From Camelus dromedarius (lineage: Eukaryota), in the NCBI RefSeq assembly GCF_036321535.1, contig NC_087447.1, positions 33,792,001 to 33,856,000 of the forward strand: 64,000 nucleotides of DNA. Reading direction: 5' to 3'. The notes beneath the pieces were generated by a model, which was not told the origin of the DNA, made no database searches, and was given only the letters and a program-made list of their open reading frames with translations. This document shows, in pieces, positions 1 through 13,669 of this stretch. Position numbers and translations under genes: made by a program. Within the stretch, counting starts at the first letter, position 1, and every line of letters starts with the position of its first letter.

Positions 1-229
1 TTAAGTAACAGTATGTTTTAAATGTATAGGCTCATGGAGGCAAACAGAATACATGAGTGGCTGCAATGAGGAAAATGTAGCAAAGAAAAATTATTTAATG
101 GTGTTTTAATCTGTGATAATTGTTCACCAAAATGAATAATGTTTTTCTTGGGGAAAAAAAAATGATGATCTCAGATTTATAACATTAGCAACAATGACTC
201 TTCTTCAGAAATATATACTGGATTTTCAA

Positions 230-1457
230 TACAGCCAAAATATTATCTCACATACATCTCAAAAATGTTCTCCTAGGGCAGCCTACCCAAGCAATAGAAA
301 TAAAAGCAAGAATAAACAAATGGGACCTAATTAAACTTACAAGTTTCTGCACAGCAAAGGAAACCATAAGTAGAACAAAACGACAACCTATGGAATGGGA
401 GAAAATTTTTGCAAATGAAACCAACAAAGGCTTGATCTCCAGAATATATAAGCAGCTCATATGACTTAATAAGAAAAAAACAAACAACCCAATCCAAAAA
501 TGGGCAGAAGACCTAAACAAGTAATTCTCCAAGGAAGACATACAAATGATCAATAGGCACGTGAAAAAATGCTCAATATCACTAATTATCAGAGAAATGC
601 AAATCAAAACTACAATGAGGTGTCACCTCACACCAGTCAGAATGGCCATCATTCAAAAGTCCACAAATGACAAATGCTGGAGAGACTGTGGAGAAAAGGG
701 AACCCTCCTATGCTGCTGGTGGGAATGAAGTTTGGTGCAGCTACTGTGGAAAACAGTAGGGAGATTCCTCAAAAGACTAGGAATAGACTTACCATATGAC
801 CCAGTAATCCAACTCCTGGGCATATATCCAGAAGGGACCCTACTTCAAAATGACACCTGCACCCCAATGTTCATAGCAGCACTATTTACAATAGCCAAGA
901 TATGGAAACAGCCTAAATGTCCATCGACAGATGAATGGATAAAGAAGATGTGGTATATTTATACAATGGAATACTATTCAGCCATAAAAATGACAACATA
1001 ATGCCATTTGCATAACGCCATTTGGATGTCCCTGGAGAATGTCATTCTAAGTGAAGAAAGACAGAAAGAGAAAGAAAAATACCATATGAGATCACTCATA
1101 TGTGGAATCTGAAAAAAAAAAAAAAAAAAAAGAACATAAATATAAAACAGACTCATAGACACAGAATACAAACTTGTGGTTGCCAAGGGGGTAGGGAGTG
1201 GGAAGGGACAGACTGGGAGTTCAAAATTTGTAGATACTGACAGGTATATGCAGAATAGATAAACAAGATTACACTGTATAGCACAGGGAAGTGTGTACAA
1301 GATCTTGTGGTAGCTCACAGTGAAAAAAATGTGACAATGAATGTAAGTATGTTCATGTATAACTGAAAAATTGTGCTCTACATTGGAATTTACACAACAT
1401 TGTAAAATGACTATAACTCAATAAAAAAATGTTAAAAAAAAAAAAAAAGAAAGAAAG
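230..1457 (+). mobile_element. 5'-truncated young LINE-1 (ORF2 C-terminus, 3'UTR, poly(A)) in PRMT3 intron 7, antisense to the gene
   Basis: ORF fragments ([66 protein letters not shown]) match the L1 ORF2p C-terminus. A-tail at ~1434-1457. TSD ATATACTGGATTTTCAA at 213-229 and 1458-1474. Confidence 0.95.
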
Positions 1458-3450
1458 ATATACTGGATTTTCAAAGGATTCTGAAAGTTCAAGTACTCTA
1501 TCCCCCTACCAACTGTATCTCTGGAATTCAAAACAGTTATCTTCACTGTGACTCCAGAAAATAAGACCACAAACTACCTTTATTTATAATTATAACCACA
1601 ACATATGCCAAAATAGTGTCTGTCATTAAAATAATAAAAAAAATTCAAACAGTATTTCTATAAAAGCAAGGTCAATTATAGGCATAAAAAAAAGTCCTGT
1701 ATATAGGACTTCTCAATTTTAAATCATTTATAAGGATCAGACGAGACTGGCAGTAGCACAACCTTGAACAAATTATATGTGCTAAGAATTGTTATAATAA
1801 ACAAAAAAATATTGCTTGATATAAGGCACATTTCATATTCATCCACAGTATGTAACCTAGTAAAATACAAAATGGACAAGTAGTTCCTTTTGAATGAAAT
1901 ACATCCATATCTCCTATAAACACTTAATCAAGTCATCTCCAAGGAGAAGTGACGCCATTGCATAGGCATGGAAAATTATATTAATAAAGGTTGAGTTAAC
2001 TCTCTAAGTGAAAAGACAGCACTGGAAACTTCAAGCTGGAACTTCTTAAACATGTAAGTACATCAAAAGAACTTAAAGATATGTGAGCAGATGTGAAGAT
2101 CCCTTAGTTACTAATATAAACCTATAAGGGAGCAGGACAGAGATTTGGAAATAAGCCCAAACTGGATTTCTCTGGATGATTGTACTGAGAACACTCGCAT
2201 GTACTGTCTACCAGGAGTCTCAGTAACCCCATCTGCCTGAAAAACCCAACACAACGTCCATATCAAAAGCATTACAGGTTCGTGGCATTTAAATTGATAG
2301 GGTGCTTAAAATGGCAAACATGGACTTAGATTAACTCCTTTGAAGAAAATATTCCAGACACAATAAAATTAATTTTAAAAAAGAAAATGGAATATATTAA
2401 TTTCTTTTAAACAAATTCACTCTGAACTTAAAATAATTTATTACTTATAACTGTTATTTGTAATGCTACGCCATTCCCCAAGTGACAACTAGCACAACCA
2501 ACTGTGACACGTCATTAGTAAAGAAATGACATGACATTGTGAAAGACCCCAAATAATTACAACTATTATGAGTCAGCAAACCTCCACTCTGTGGTGCTGC
2601 AAAGCTGACTCGACAAAATATACACGTTATTAAATAGCCTTGGTTATTTTAAATGCATCTGTTTCAGGGAACATAGTCCCCAGGCTTCCATAAAATAAAA
2701 CAATCTTTTGAGGAGGGATTTAGAAAGGAATTTTTTGTTTCTTGGTTTTAAGAAAAAAAAAGAAAGGTAAAATTTCTAAAATTTTCAATAATTTTTACAC
2801 TTCAACATTTGTTTTACTCTAGCTAGCTATTTTAAATTTTACTGAATTAAAGTCACATTTTGCTATTGTATAATCTGTAATACAATGTGATAAAATGTAT
2901 ATATTATACCAGGTACAGCTAGAAATCTACTTATAGTTTATATGAACAGCACCATTATAAAAATTTAAACTAACCAAATTCAAATATCTGATTTGACTGA
3001 TTTAGGAAATTCTTCTATATGTCAAGCATTTCAAATGCAAAACAGTTATGCCATAACAATGAGATTTATAATTAATTTTGTACCAAAGAATTATTATTCA
3101 TCCAAACTATAGTATCTCTAATTAAAACACTAAAATGAATCATTCTCTTCATACATTAACAAACATATAATTTATTTGTTCCTACTTAAAAGTTGCTTTC
3201 AGAAGACTAAAACTGTCAGTTTTTTTCCAGTGTCCTATTTCAAGCGAAAATAAATCTCAAAATAAAGATTAATAATAATCATAGATAGAATTTACATTGA
3301 CTTTGATGCGTCTATCATCTTTTGAACACAAGATGAGCTATCAAACACCAAAGAGATTTAAAAAGCAGTTCTCAAAAAAACCAAAAACAAACCCCCTCCC
3401 CAAAAAGCAGTTCTCCCACAGCGCATATATGAAGAGCTTGTTTTACTTCA

Positions 3451-3672
<222 letters not shown>

Positions 3673-4656
3673 TTATTGGACCATGAAAAAAGGAAAGGCT
3701 AGAGGCAGAGGATGAGGCAGGGGGAGGGAGTGGAGTGTGGAGTGTTATGGGCCTTCAGTCACATTCTACCTTAAGCTCCCTCTGCTGGAGCTTAAGCAAT
3801 GGCATGTTCAAATCCAGTGGTAAGCATTCATTCTGCACACCACAAAAGCACTGCCACCTGCCACCTGCAGATTATGGGTGTTTACATCCCCCAACGGAAC
3901 AAAAGAAGTACACTATCTTTATTCAACTTTATCATTCCTACTGTTCCAAAATCATTTTTTAGCAGCTGAATCAATGTAGTATATTCCAATGCTATTAAAT
4001 ATTCTTCAAAACCATATTATCCCATGGAAGGGTTCTATAGGCAGAAAGTATATCCAAATTGGTAATTATTTGCACACACCAACACCATCCACTTACGCTC
4101 TAAATATCAGTTCCCTCTTGATCACACACATCAAGCAACTATAGGGTATCCATGGGGGAGAAGTGTAAAGAAGCAGGCAGTAGTAGAGTTGTTGGTTACT
4201 AGGATAAAATCTCAGAAAAGGGGAATGGAAACTACCATCAGCTATACTGTTTTTCCCTGCGGGACATTCTGGCAAACTATCACATGGGTACTCAGGCAAC
4301 AGCAACCAACTTACAAATCTAACAGGTTCAGCTATGTACTTGGCAGTGATGCAGAACCTCAGACCCTACCTATTCCACACCTCCTGAATCAGAACCCATA
4401 GTTTAACAAGATACCCAGGTGATTTGTATGCACATTAAATTCTGACAGGTACTAAGCCAGTAGAATACTGGAGAAAACCATCCTATGGATCTGGTTTTCT
4501 GATTACACACTACATCATAATTATACCTCAAATCTTTAAAAACAAAAATTTTAACCCTGTATTTTTCCCAGGCCTAAAAAATATTAATTCCTATGCTTTA
4601 AAAGCCTAGGAGAGGAAAAGTAAAATGGAGAAATCCATTAGAAATAAGGTAATTCA

Positions 4657-5142
4657 AAAGAAGATGTGGTATATTTATACAATGGAATACTACTCAGCCA
4701 TAAAAACCGACAACATAATGCCATTTGCAGCAACATGGATGCTCCTGGAGAATGTCATTCTAAGTGAAGTAAGCCAGAAAGAGAAAGAAAAATACCATAT
4801 GAGATCGCTCATATGTGGAATCTAAAAAACAAAAACAAAAACAAACAAACAAAAACAAAGCATAAATAAAGGACAGAAATAGACTCACAGACAGAGAATA
4901 CAGACTTGTGGTTACCAGGGGGTGGAGGGTGGGAATGGATAGACTGGGATTTCAAAATTGTAGAATAGACTACACTGTATAGCACAGGGAAATATACACA
5001 AAATGTTATGATAACTCACAGAGAAAAAAATGTGACAATGAGTGTGTATATGTCCATGAATAACTGAAAAATTGTGCTGAACACTGGAATTTGACACAAC
5101 ATTGTAAAATGATTATAAATCAATAAAAAATGTAAAAAAAAA
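4657..5142 (+). mobile_element. 5'-truncated young LINE-1 3' end (end of ORF2, 3'UTR, poly(A))
   Basis: KKMWYIYTMEYYSAIK...EKYHMRSLICGI* is the L1 ORF2p terminus. 3'UTR is similar to the 230-1457 copy. TSD AGAAATAAGGTAATTCA at 4640-4656 and 5143-5159. Confidence 0.95.
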
Positions 5143-5159
5143 AGAAATAAGGTAATTCA

Positions 5160-5221
5160 CACCAGATAGACACATTATAATTGACTGTACTTCAATAAAA
5201 TAAAAAATTTTAATAAAAAAA
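5160..5221 (+). mobile_element. Extremely truncated LINE-1 3' tail
   Basis: CACATTATAATTGACTGTACTTCAATAAAA plus an A-rich tail resembles L1 termini elsewhere in the window (33597-33625, 62360-62400). Bounded by the same 17-bp repeat at 5143-5159 and 5222-5238. Confidence 0.75.
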
Positions 5222-5562
5222 AGAAATAAGGTAATTCAAAGGAAGGCAATATCAAGGAACAAAAAACATTCAGGAGGAAAAGACTCCCCAGAAAAATTAC
5301 CATCACTATGAAAGTAATTATAAAGAAATATATAAGATTAGGTAAAACTACAGACATTTATGTTAATCAACTACACCCACAATATATAAAAATACCGCAT
5401 ATCTTAATATTACTAAACTTAAACATCCACACTGTGCTCTCCAGTAAATGAAATGTATCACCTTTTTATGAAATATCTAGTATATGAAACATTCTACCTT
5501 TTTATGAATTGTATTATTTGGGGGACCTAAAAAATTAATTTCCTGTAAGGTTGATAAATTAC

Positions 5563-5722
5563 TTCATTCTCTGCAGATCTTCACGTGCTCCAGCTAATGC
5601 AGCTTCAGCAGACAGTGCCCTGGCTTCCATATGTTTCAATTTTTCTACGACGGATGTATTTTCACTGAGCCCATTGGGGTATGAGAATGGGACTGACACC
5701 GGTTCATAAAGATCTTCTACAT
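5563..5722 (-). CDS. PRMT3: PRMT3 coding exon 6 (DVEDLYEPVSVPFSYPNGLSENTSVVEKLKHMEARALSAEAALAGAREDLQRMK)
   Basis: 160 nt, AG/GT boundaries, near-identical to recalled human PRMT3. Confidence 0.97.
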
Positions 5723-7083
5723 CTAGATAAATAAATGGACATTCTTATAAGGCCATCTTATAACAGTGAAGTACATACAAATGTGTTAGGAATAAATATA
5801 TACTAAGTGCCTATGATACAGCCAACTGAGAAAAATTAATACGGTTACTTAAATATTTAACATACAAACTGTTTCCATTTGAATTTAAAGAGCAGGCTGT
5901 TAGTCTAAGTTTTTCATTAGTTGGCTAAATTGAGCATATAAATGAGCATTAATTGTACTGAACCAAACTCAGGAAGAAACAAAGAAGTAGAAGGAAAAAA
6001 ACCCTAATATTTATTGATCATCAGGCAACTTTCAAGTTCATGCCTTGTATCTCATTCTGTCTCCAAAACAAACCTAAAATATAAACATTAATCCCTATTT
6101 TAAGACATCGGAAAAATAAATTTCAGAGAAATTGACCTGCCCAAAGTCATAGAGCTGTTTAATGAAGGAACTAAGATTCAAACCAACGCCTGCCTTCTGA
6201 GCCCATGTTCTTGCCACTACACAGGGCCACCTCCAGGCTCTGGGTCCTTATCTGCAGAACAGCAGGTATCACATTTAGATATTCCTTAAGGACAGTGTAC
6301 AGGTAAAGAATTCTGTATATTCAATAACTTTTTCATCCTGGGTAAGGTGGTGTGCATTCTATACATGGTCTTACTGCTGATATTATTAAATACTCTAATT
6401 TCTAGCATTATTAAAAATTCTTGATGTAAAATTAATTTCATTATATGTAAATTACTAACTTCTGCTGTAGAACTAATAACTGTAAACAGAAGTTGACATA
6501 TAGAACTAGTGAGTTTTACAAAATCCCAGTGTCCACTGACTAGTCTAATTAACTTTCAGATCAACTTAAAGCAATAAAAACAATGCAGATATAACACTGT
6601 CTTCTCAACACAGCACTGAGGGAAATTGGACTTTTTTTTCCTATTCAGTTTTTAGTTGCAACACTTCTTCAGAGTAGGGACAAAATAACTAAGCTTAACA
6701 AATACATAATAATATTATAACTTAGAGATTAGCTAAATTGAACTTGTTATAAAATGCAGCTGTGTCACTAATCTCTAGCCAGTCTGGCAGAATACTGATT
6801 CATTGTTTTCAGAAACCATAGATTTATCCACTATTTAATTCACCAAAAACTAGTGAGAGCAACAAAATATTGCCAGACTATTATAGAGGATGGTGTACCA
6901 TATTTTCTGCTTCCTACTAATACACTCTCAAAGTGTATCTTATCTTCAAATCTCTTCAAACTGTTGCAAACCACCTTGCTTAGGTTATAGAGAAACTGGT
7001 TCCATTGTTTTAGCTGGTTTCTCTATTTTGCTTTCTGCTGCAACAGAAGTTAGTCAGAATAAAAGTTTTCAGCATTAATCACA

Positions 7084-7399
7084 GAGTTGTCTCTTGGTTT
7101 CTGTGGGGGATTAGTTTCCAGAACCCCTCCTTGGATACCAAAACTTGTGGATGCTCAAATTCCTATATAAAATGGTCTAGTATTTACATATGACATTTTA
7201 AATCCTCTCTAGACTCCTTATAATATCTAATACAATGTAAATGCTGTATAAATAGTTGTAAATACTATGTAAATATTTGCCAGCAGGCAGCAAATTCAAG
7301 TTTTATTTTTTGGAATTTTCCAGAATTTTTTTTCCTGAATATTTTTCATTGGAGGTCGGTTGAACCCAAAGTCACAGACTCACAGAAGGCCACTTGTAT
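7084..7399. mobile_element. MER2-like non-autonomous TcMar-Tigger DNA transposon
   Basis: GGGGGATTAGTTTCCAGAACCCC...GATACCAAAACTTGTGGATGCTCAAATTCCTATATAAAATGG resembles the recalled MER2 consensus. Homologous to 54772-55044. Confidence 0.75.
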
Positions 7400-7639
7400 A
7401 CAGATAATCATTGACGAAAGGTTAAATGTACAGTTTTGAAAAGGAGAAAGGGCTGAGTAAACATTAAGATTCATAACTATATCTAAACTGTCTAATTCAA
7501 ACTCCCAAAGCATATTCAGGAAGATGAATTTCTACATCTAAATTCTGTCTCAGGAGGTTCAAATACCTGGAGCCTTCATTTTCGCAGCTGAGAACTACCA
7601 CAAAAGATGGTCAATTTGTCAGGAAGATGTAACAATTAT

Positions 7640-8990
7640 AAATGAGAATAAACCTCACAAAAGAGTGTCAAAATACATGAAGCAAAAGCTGACAGAATTA
7701 CAGGCAACGACAGGCAAAAACAAACAATCCTCTAATCAGTCAGAGATTTAAATACATCCCTATCAGCAACTGATGGAGCTAGACAGAGCTAGCTAAAAAT
7801 CCACAAAGGCACAAAAGATCTGAACAAAAATATTCAGCACTGTGAACTATTTATGGAATACTGCACCCAGTAACTTTATCTTGACACCTTTGAAGAATAC
7901 TGATCAGTAATTCTGTAGAATGCCTCTCAACCTGCATTTCTCTGATGTTTTTCATTACTGGAATGAAATCATACACTTCTGGCAAGAACATTTCTCTGGC
8001 AGAGAAATGATGTCCTCAGAGTACTACACCAAGGGGTTCATGGTGTCCACTGTGCCTTATTACTGGTGATGTGAACCTTGATCACTTGGTTGTGGTGGTG
8101 TCTTCTTGATTTTTTCCACTCAAAAGTTACCATTCCCTTTGCAGCTAACAAACTTCTTGGGAGATACTCTGAACTATGCAAATCCTGTTTCGCTTTAACT
8201 TTGTGCCCACTAACCTTAGCATACATTGGTGGCTCTTTCATGCAAGTTATTACTGTGGTGTTCGTCTAATGCTGATTCTGTTTCTCTCTTTCCTCTACCT
8301 TTATTAATAGGAATTCTATGCTAAAGTGGAGCTGTTCCTTCCCTGTTTATTTGGTGGATTATTCAGGTCAGTATGAACTCATGGATGTTTATTTTATCCT
8401 AGGGATTAAAACCGAACAGTACTATTTTCTGTGTTGCTCAAATTCTTCAGCTTTGGCCATTAGGAGCTCCTTCAGTCTGGTTCCTGTGTTTCTTTAGCTA
8501 AGTCCTCAATCCCCCCACTTTTTCTTTGTATGTATTTCCTTATTTTCTGGAACAAGATGTCACAGACTTATGTTGTGTTTTCCTTGCCCCATTATGGACT
8601 CAATCACTTCTTCAAGGAGCCTTGCTTCCTTTTATCAATAGAGAATTAATAAAGGATTATAAATCAAGATCTGGGCACTAGGTATGCTCTTTGCTACTGG
8701 GGTTCTTCAAGGCCCTCTCAACCAAAAGAGCTAGAAAATATATGTTATATATACTGACACACATATGAACACACTTCCATATTTCTGTATCTATCTACCT
8801 ATTAAAAACTGAATTTATCCTGATATTTCTGATCCCGATCTATCACCAAAGGACTCAATCTATCCTTCACTTCCTTTTTTGAAATCTCCTTCTCCAGCGG
8901 TGAGAAACCTGGCTCTTACTATCCATAACGTACTTACTTGTTCCATTCTAGCATTCATGAAAAGTAGTGTCAGAACGGCTAATCCACATC
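7640..8990. mobile_element. Old LINE-1 fragments (plus-strand ORF2 remnant ~7640-7870; minus-strand L1M-type 3' end ~7880-8990)
   Basis: Degenerate L1-like motifs (CAAAATACATGAAGCAAAAGCTGACAGAATT; GATGTGAACCTTGATCACTTGG). Boundaries approximate. Confidence 0.6.
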
Positions 8991-9463
8991 CTAGGCTCTA
9001 GTTCCTCATTTTATACATGAACACTTAAAAACAGAAAGCTTCAGTGCTTTGTCCAGGGTCACATAGTTCTCGAGTCCTACATTAAGGTTCTCACTACTAC
9101 ATCACACTGCCACACAAGTTCTCTTGATGGTACCTGTCAAGGAAATGAGTGGTTTTCCAGTTTTCGCTTATCAAAGAACTGCTCAAATACACACTGTCCA
9201 GCTACTATCTGTGAAGGTACATGTCTGCCTAGAACGGTCTTGCTGTTGTGAAGAGAGCAAACCCTCTACCTCACTTGACTGGCACAAAAAAAATGAAAGT
9301 ATAAATTAAAACAAATAATAATAAATCATGAACTCCAATAAATTAGACCTATAAAGCAACCATAAGAATGCAACAGAATTTTCACAAGATCCCTGTTCAA
9401 GAAGGAATAAACCAAAACACAGAGTAAGTAACTAAGGAAGAAAGCTACAATCCAGAAATGAGA

Positions 9464-9635
9464 AGGGGGAGAGTATAGCTCAAGCGGTAGAGGGCACACT
9501 TAGCATGCAGAGGTCCTGGGTTCAATCCCCAGTATCTCTTCTAAAAATAAATAAACCTAATTACCTCCCCCCACCATCAAAATAAGATGATTAAATACAA
9601 TAATAAATAAAATAAAACATTAAAAAAAAAAAGAA
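9464..9635 (+). mobile_element. tRNA-Ala-derived SINE (Vic-1-like, camelid)
   Basis: A box TAGCTCAAGCGG, B box GGTTCAATCCC, TTAGCAT anticodon-loop remnant, A-rich tail. TSD AGAAATGAGA at 9454-9463 and 9636-9645. Confidence 0.9.
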
Positions 9636-10170
9636 AGAAATGAGAGTGACCCTGCCATAGGGCAGCTTCAGAGTTAGTGTAAGTGAGGAAACCCATGGAA
9701 ATTTGCATGGAATCTGTTTTAATCAAAACAAAATCTCAGTCAATTAGATGTCTTAAGAAAAGTCAATTATCAGATCTGATTATGCTAGATAAAAGCAGCA
9801 AATATTATTAAATTTACTTAAATCTATTAAATATCAAAGTTACCAATTTAAAAGCTGTAATTTATATTAAATAAAAACCTTAATTTTAGTTACACTAAAA
9901 ATCAGTCTAACAACTCAAAATTATTCTCTCAAGTCTTCCTATGTTTCAGGACACCTTGTACACAATGTTTAACCCCAGATGATATTCCTCCCTGGTAACT
10001 GCTAGTGTGACTCTCACTTTTTAAGTGACTTCACCTTCCTATCGAAACCAACTACCTAATGAGGTCTTTAGAGAATCAAGGAGATGAATGTATTTTCCTA
10101 GGACACCTAACCTCTATTCTGCCATAACAGACGACCCTACTCTAAAGCAGATACAGTATGTTCATCTTAC

Positions 10171-10273
10171 CAAATTGAAGTAAAAGGTCATCTTCTAGTA
10201 CTGGCTTCAAATACTCATCTTTCTCCCAAGGCACTGGGTTGTATATGGAATTCATATACTCAACTGTAGGATT
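10171..10273 (-). CDS. PRMT3: PRMT3 coding exon 5 (NPTVEYMNSIYNPVPWEKDEYLKPVLEDDLLLQF)
   Basis: 103 nt, CAG acceptor, GTAAG donor, matches PRMT3. Confidence 0.97.
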
Positions 10274-10892
10274 CTGGAGGCAAAATTAATTGCATATTTT
10301 TTCATCTCATATAATCACAGGATTCCCCTACCAAAAACTAGGAAAATTAAACACAAAAGGAAATCGTGTCCATGTTACACAAAACTTCTGTTTAAAGAGT
10401 CTATGTTTACCTGCCATTTCATTAACTTGACTGGATGATTGCTTAGTTAACAGTTTTAATGCACAGTTTTGTATTGTTTGGATTTGGGCGAAGTAGCAAT
10501 ATAAACATCAACTGAACAGAAAAAAAGGATTTGAAAAAACAGAAAAAGAGCAATCAAAGTACTTAAAATCACACTAGAAGTGATTTCCGGTTTTACAGAA
10601 AAGACTACCCATATTTCCCTTTATCTGACACTGAATTACTCTCAAGTAACACTGATTCATCTCTTAGATACAATTAAAAACGACCTTGCTAAGTATGGGA
10701 TGTATCCACTCACATGGTGCTACAGCTGTGCTAGTTCCTGATGGCCATGACTCCCTCAAAACAATTGAGTGTCAAATTTAAAACAGTTCCTTATATGGTA
10801 GTTCCCCGTAGTCTTACAAGTTGGTGCATTCAGAGTCGCTGCAGTATTTCTTTAGTTTTTAAACAAAACTGTAAATTAAGCTACCAACTTAC

Positions 10893-10942
10893 CTTAAGTC
10901 TAATAAAATTTATTAGTTTAATGTATCCATAAAATTCAAGTC
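10893..10942 (-). CDS. PRMT3: PRMT3 coding exon 4 (GLEFYGYIKLINFIRLK)
   Basis: 50 nt, polypyrimidine tract plus TAG acceptor, GTAAGT donor. Confidence 0.97.
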
Positions 10943-12393
10943 CTAAAGAGGGGGAAAAAAAAAGTCACCTTTTTTAACATCACATGAGTTTCGTTTCATT
11001 GACCTGCTCTATACATGCTTCTCTGGTTAGACAATAACCTATTTCTTTCCTCTATACTACTTACAATACTTTAAATTTCTTATTAAGAACTAGAAACATT
11101 AACTTTGACACTTCAGAATATTTTAATGGAGAAACAGCCACAGATGACAAATTTTTAAATGCTTTTTTTGCATTTCTGAAAAACAAGAAAATTAATTTTT
11201 AGAATTCTACTCCTCACTTATCAGAATACGAAAGAGGAAAATTCAGCCCTAGATTTTACCAAGTATTTGGTGGTTGATATTAAAGCCAAAAGTTTCTAAA
11301 TCTCTAACATCTGTGGTGCCTACTAAACTATAATTTTGCCAGGACACAGAGTACACAAAGTATACTAGCTTTTTACATTAAGTTAAATGATGCAAGTGAA
11401 AAAACGAGGCTTGTCATCATCTGGTTCTCATATTTCCAAAAATGAAGCAGCATTTTAAACAGGGAAAGCATATCCAACTAATTATTTGTCATGAGAAATA
11501 TTGCTATGAGGAACATAACAGCATACAAAAATGTTTCACAAGCATAACAGCATACAAAAACCTATGTGGTAGGTAAAAAAATACAAAATTATATAAAGTA
11601 TGATTCCAATTCAGTTTTAAAATACACACTAAAAACATGAAAAAAAAAACCAATGCAACTAAGTCATTTATGTCTTACAAAAATAGCTGCAGCTGAATTT
11701 ATGAATTATAAACATAATGCACCCACCATAAGTTTATCTGAGACCTAAAGTCTGCCTAATGTTTGCTATTCTTCAATAATGTCCTTTCTAGTTAGTAATA
11801 AACACAGGGACCAAAAAGCCAATTCTGTATTCAGTTAATTTTAGCAGGCTACTGTAGCTCTTCTGCATTTCTTTAGAGTGGTAAGCTCTCATTACTTATT
11901 TTTAAATGCAAGTTTCAATAGAATCATCATCTGAATCTTGGGCTTACCACTTTATCACTCCCTTTTCCCATACTCTCTTATCAAACTCCTTATGAAACTC
12001 AATTTTGTATGCCTTTAAGTCCATGTTATGCTTTGACCTCACCGCCTTTTCCAAAGTCCACCTCTATACTTGCTCTCCCTAATTCTCCCTAATTCTAATA
12101 CTCCCCTCTTCTCTTCCTAATTCGAATGATAAAAATGCAATTGCATTACAAGAGTTTTTTATTCCTTTATAGTTGTGAACCAATGTAAGCTTAAATGCAG
12201 TGAATGTTCTCTAGAAGAATGACTTACTCATTTTTTCCTCAAAAGCCACTTGTCAAAAAAACTGTATTTCCGTAAGTTGTTGCTATACGTTTCACTATAT
12301 TAGACTTGGACAGAAAAGGAAAGGTCTGGAAAAATATAAAGTCTAAACTTAAATTTCACAACTAAAAATTTCTTTATTCTAAAAAATACTCAC

Positions 12394-12476
12394 CATGTTT
12401 ATGAACCATGTTATCAATATTAAATTGATGCTCAGACTTACAGTGTGAAAACGTTTCTTCAGCAGAGGTAAATAAC
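12394..12476 (-). CDS. PRMT3: PRMT3 coding exon 3 (LFTSAEETFSHCKSEHQFNIDNMVHKH), second half of the C2H2 zinc finger
   Basis: 83 nt, CAG acceptor, GTGAGT donor. HxxxxH completes the CxxC encoded in exon 2. Confidence 0.97.
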
Positions 12477-13669
12477 CTGAAAAATCAAGCAACAGCTTCA
12501 TGGAATAGTCCCCTAAGAAGTTTAAACATTGATTTCACGTTAGATATAAAAGTTTTCGCCCTACTCTGCAGGTTTCCAGTTTTACTTCCAATTAACAGGA
12601 AAACAAACATACCTGTAGATGAAAGAAACTCAGCACTTCTAAAGGGAAACATTACTTCTGAGTCCCATTTTCCACCTAAAACAAACCGCCCTTAAAAACT
12701 GAACTTAATTTATTTGCTAAATAATAACACTGAATTTATCAAGAGGCTTTTAAGAAAGAGAACTCCCTTTGATAGATTGTTGTCTCTCAAGACATGAAAA
12801 TTTCGTTTATAAGATTCTTTTCTCCTCTAAGTGTCAACTCTGCTTTCAGAGGCTTTGAAATGGCACAGCTGAGATAGCTTTAAGAAATAATGCACAAAAT
12901 ATAATTTCATAGCTGGCACATTCCCCAAGTGCGATACTTCAAAAGTGGTCTTGCAGTGATCCCCAAGGACTTGCATTACACACACTGTGAGGACCAAGCT
13001 TCTTTATTATGTGACTTGCAAAACTGATGGGCACGTAATAACATAGGAATGCACCACAGAGAAGCTGCATACCTCTTGTGTGCCTAGCACACATGCAGAT
13101 TTCAACAAACGTTTATTCAGATGGGTTATTTTTGCAGTATTAAGCAGCCTATCACAAAGAAGCACCTCCCTGATACTCAATAAAGGTTACTTTGCGAGGA
13201 CGTAGGCAGCCTGTACTCTGTAACTGCCCAAATGAGGGTACAAGTGAGAACGACGACGACTCAACAGGAGCTAGTGTACCACCATCAGCACCAGGCCCAG
13301 ATTCAGGAGAAACCAGTAAAATGTTTAAAGTAACACTGGCTAACGTATGCCAGGCCTCTTTCATACACACTTGCCCAGAACAGCAGCCAAAGTCAAAGTT
13401 TGTTGAGACGAAGAGGCAGAATTTTAAGTAGAAAGAATATTGATTTGGATATAAGACAAAGCACAGCTTTGTGACCTTGAACAAGTTTTTGGTGTTGCTG
13501 CCTCTTTTCTCCTAAGTGAAAAGGCATCAATTCCTTCCCTTTCAATAGGCGGGAAGCCCTAAGAAAGGTGGCTCTTTAAATGGCTCAACTGGAAATACTA
13601 CACCTCAGAAACTTTATATTTGTTAAGAATTATAGAATGGGAAAGCTGGAAGGGTCCTGAGGGGTTACC

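Noticed and set aside
248..1318. Protein-coding ORFs at the window start
   Set aside because: Sense and antisense readings of a disrupted L1 ORF2 3' end.
4640..5238. CRISPR-like repeat-spacer array (three identical 17-mers)
   Set aside because: Eukaryotic context; the spacers are L1 fragments of very unequal length, and target-site duplications explain the repeats.
9464..9540. tRNA-Ala gene (also at 26100, 38220, 52700, 60040)
   Set aside because: Each has a SINE tail, a degenerate cloverleaf and in several cases a TSD; these are tRNA-derived SINEs.
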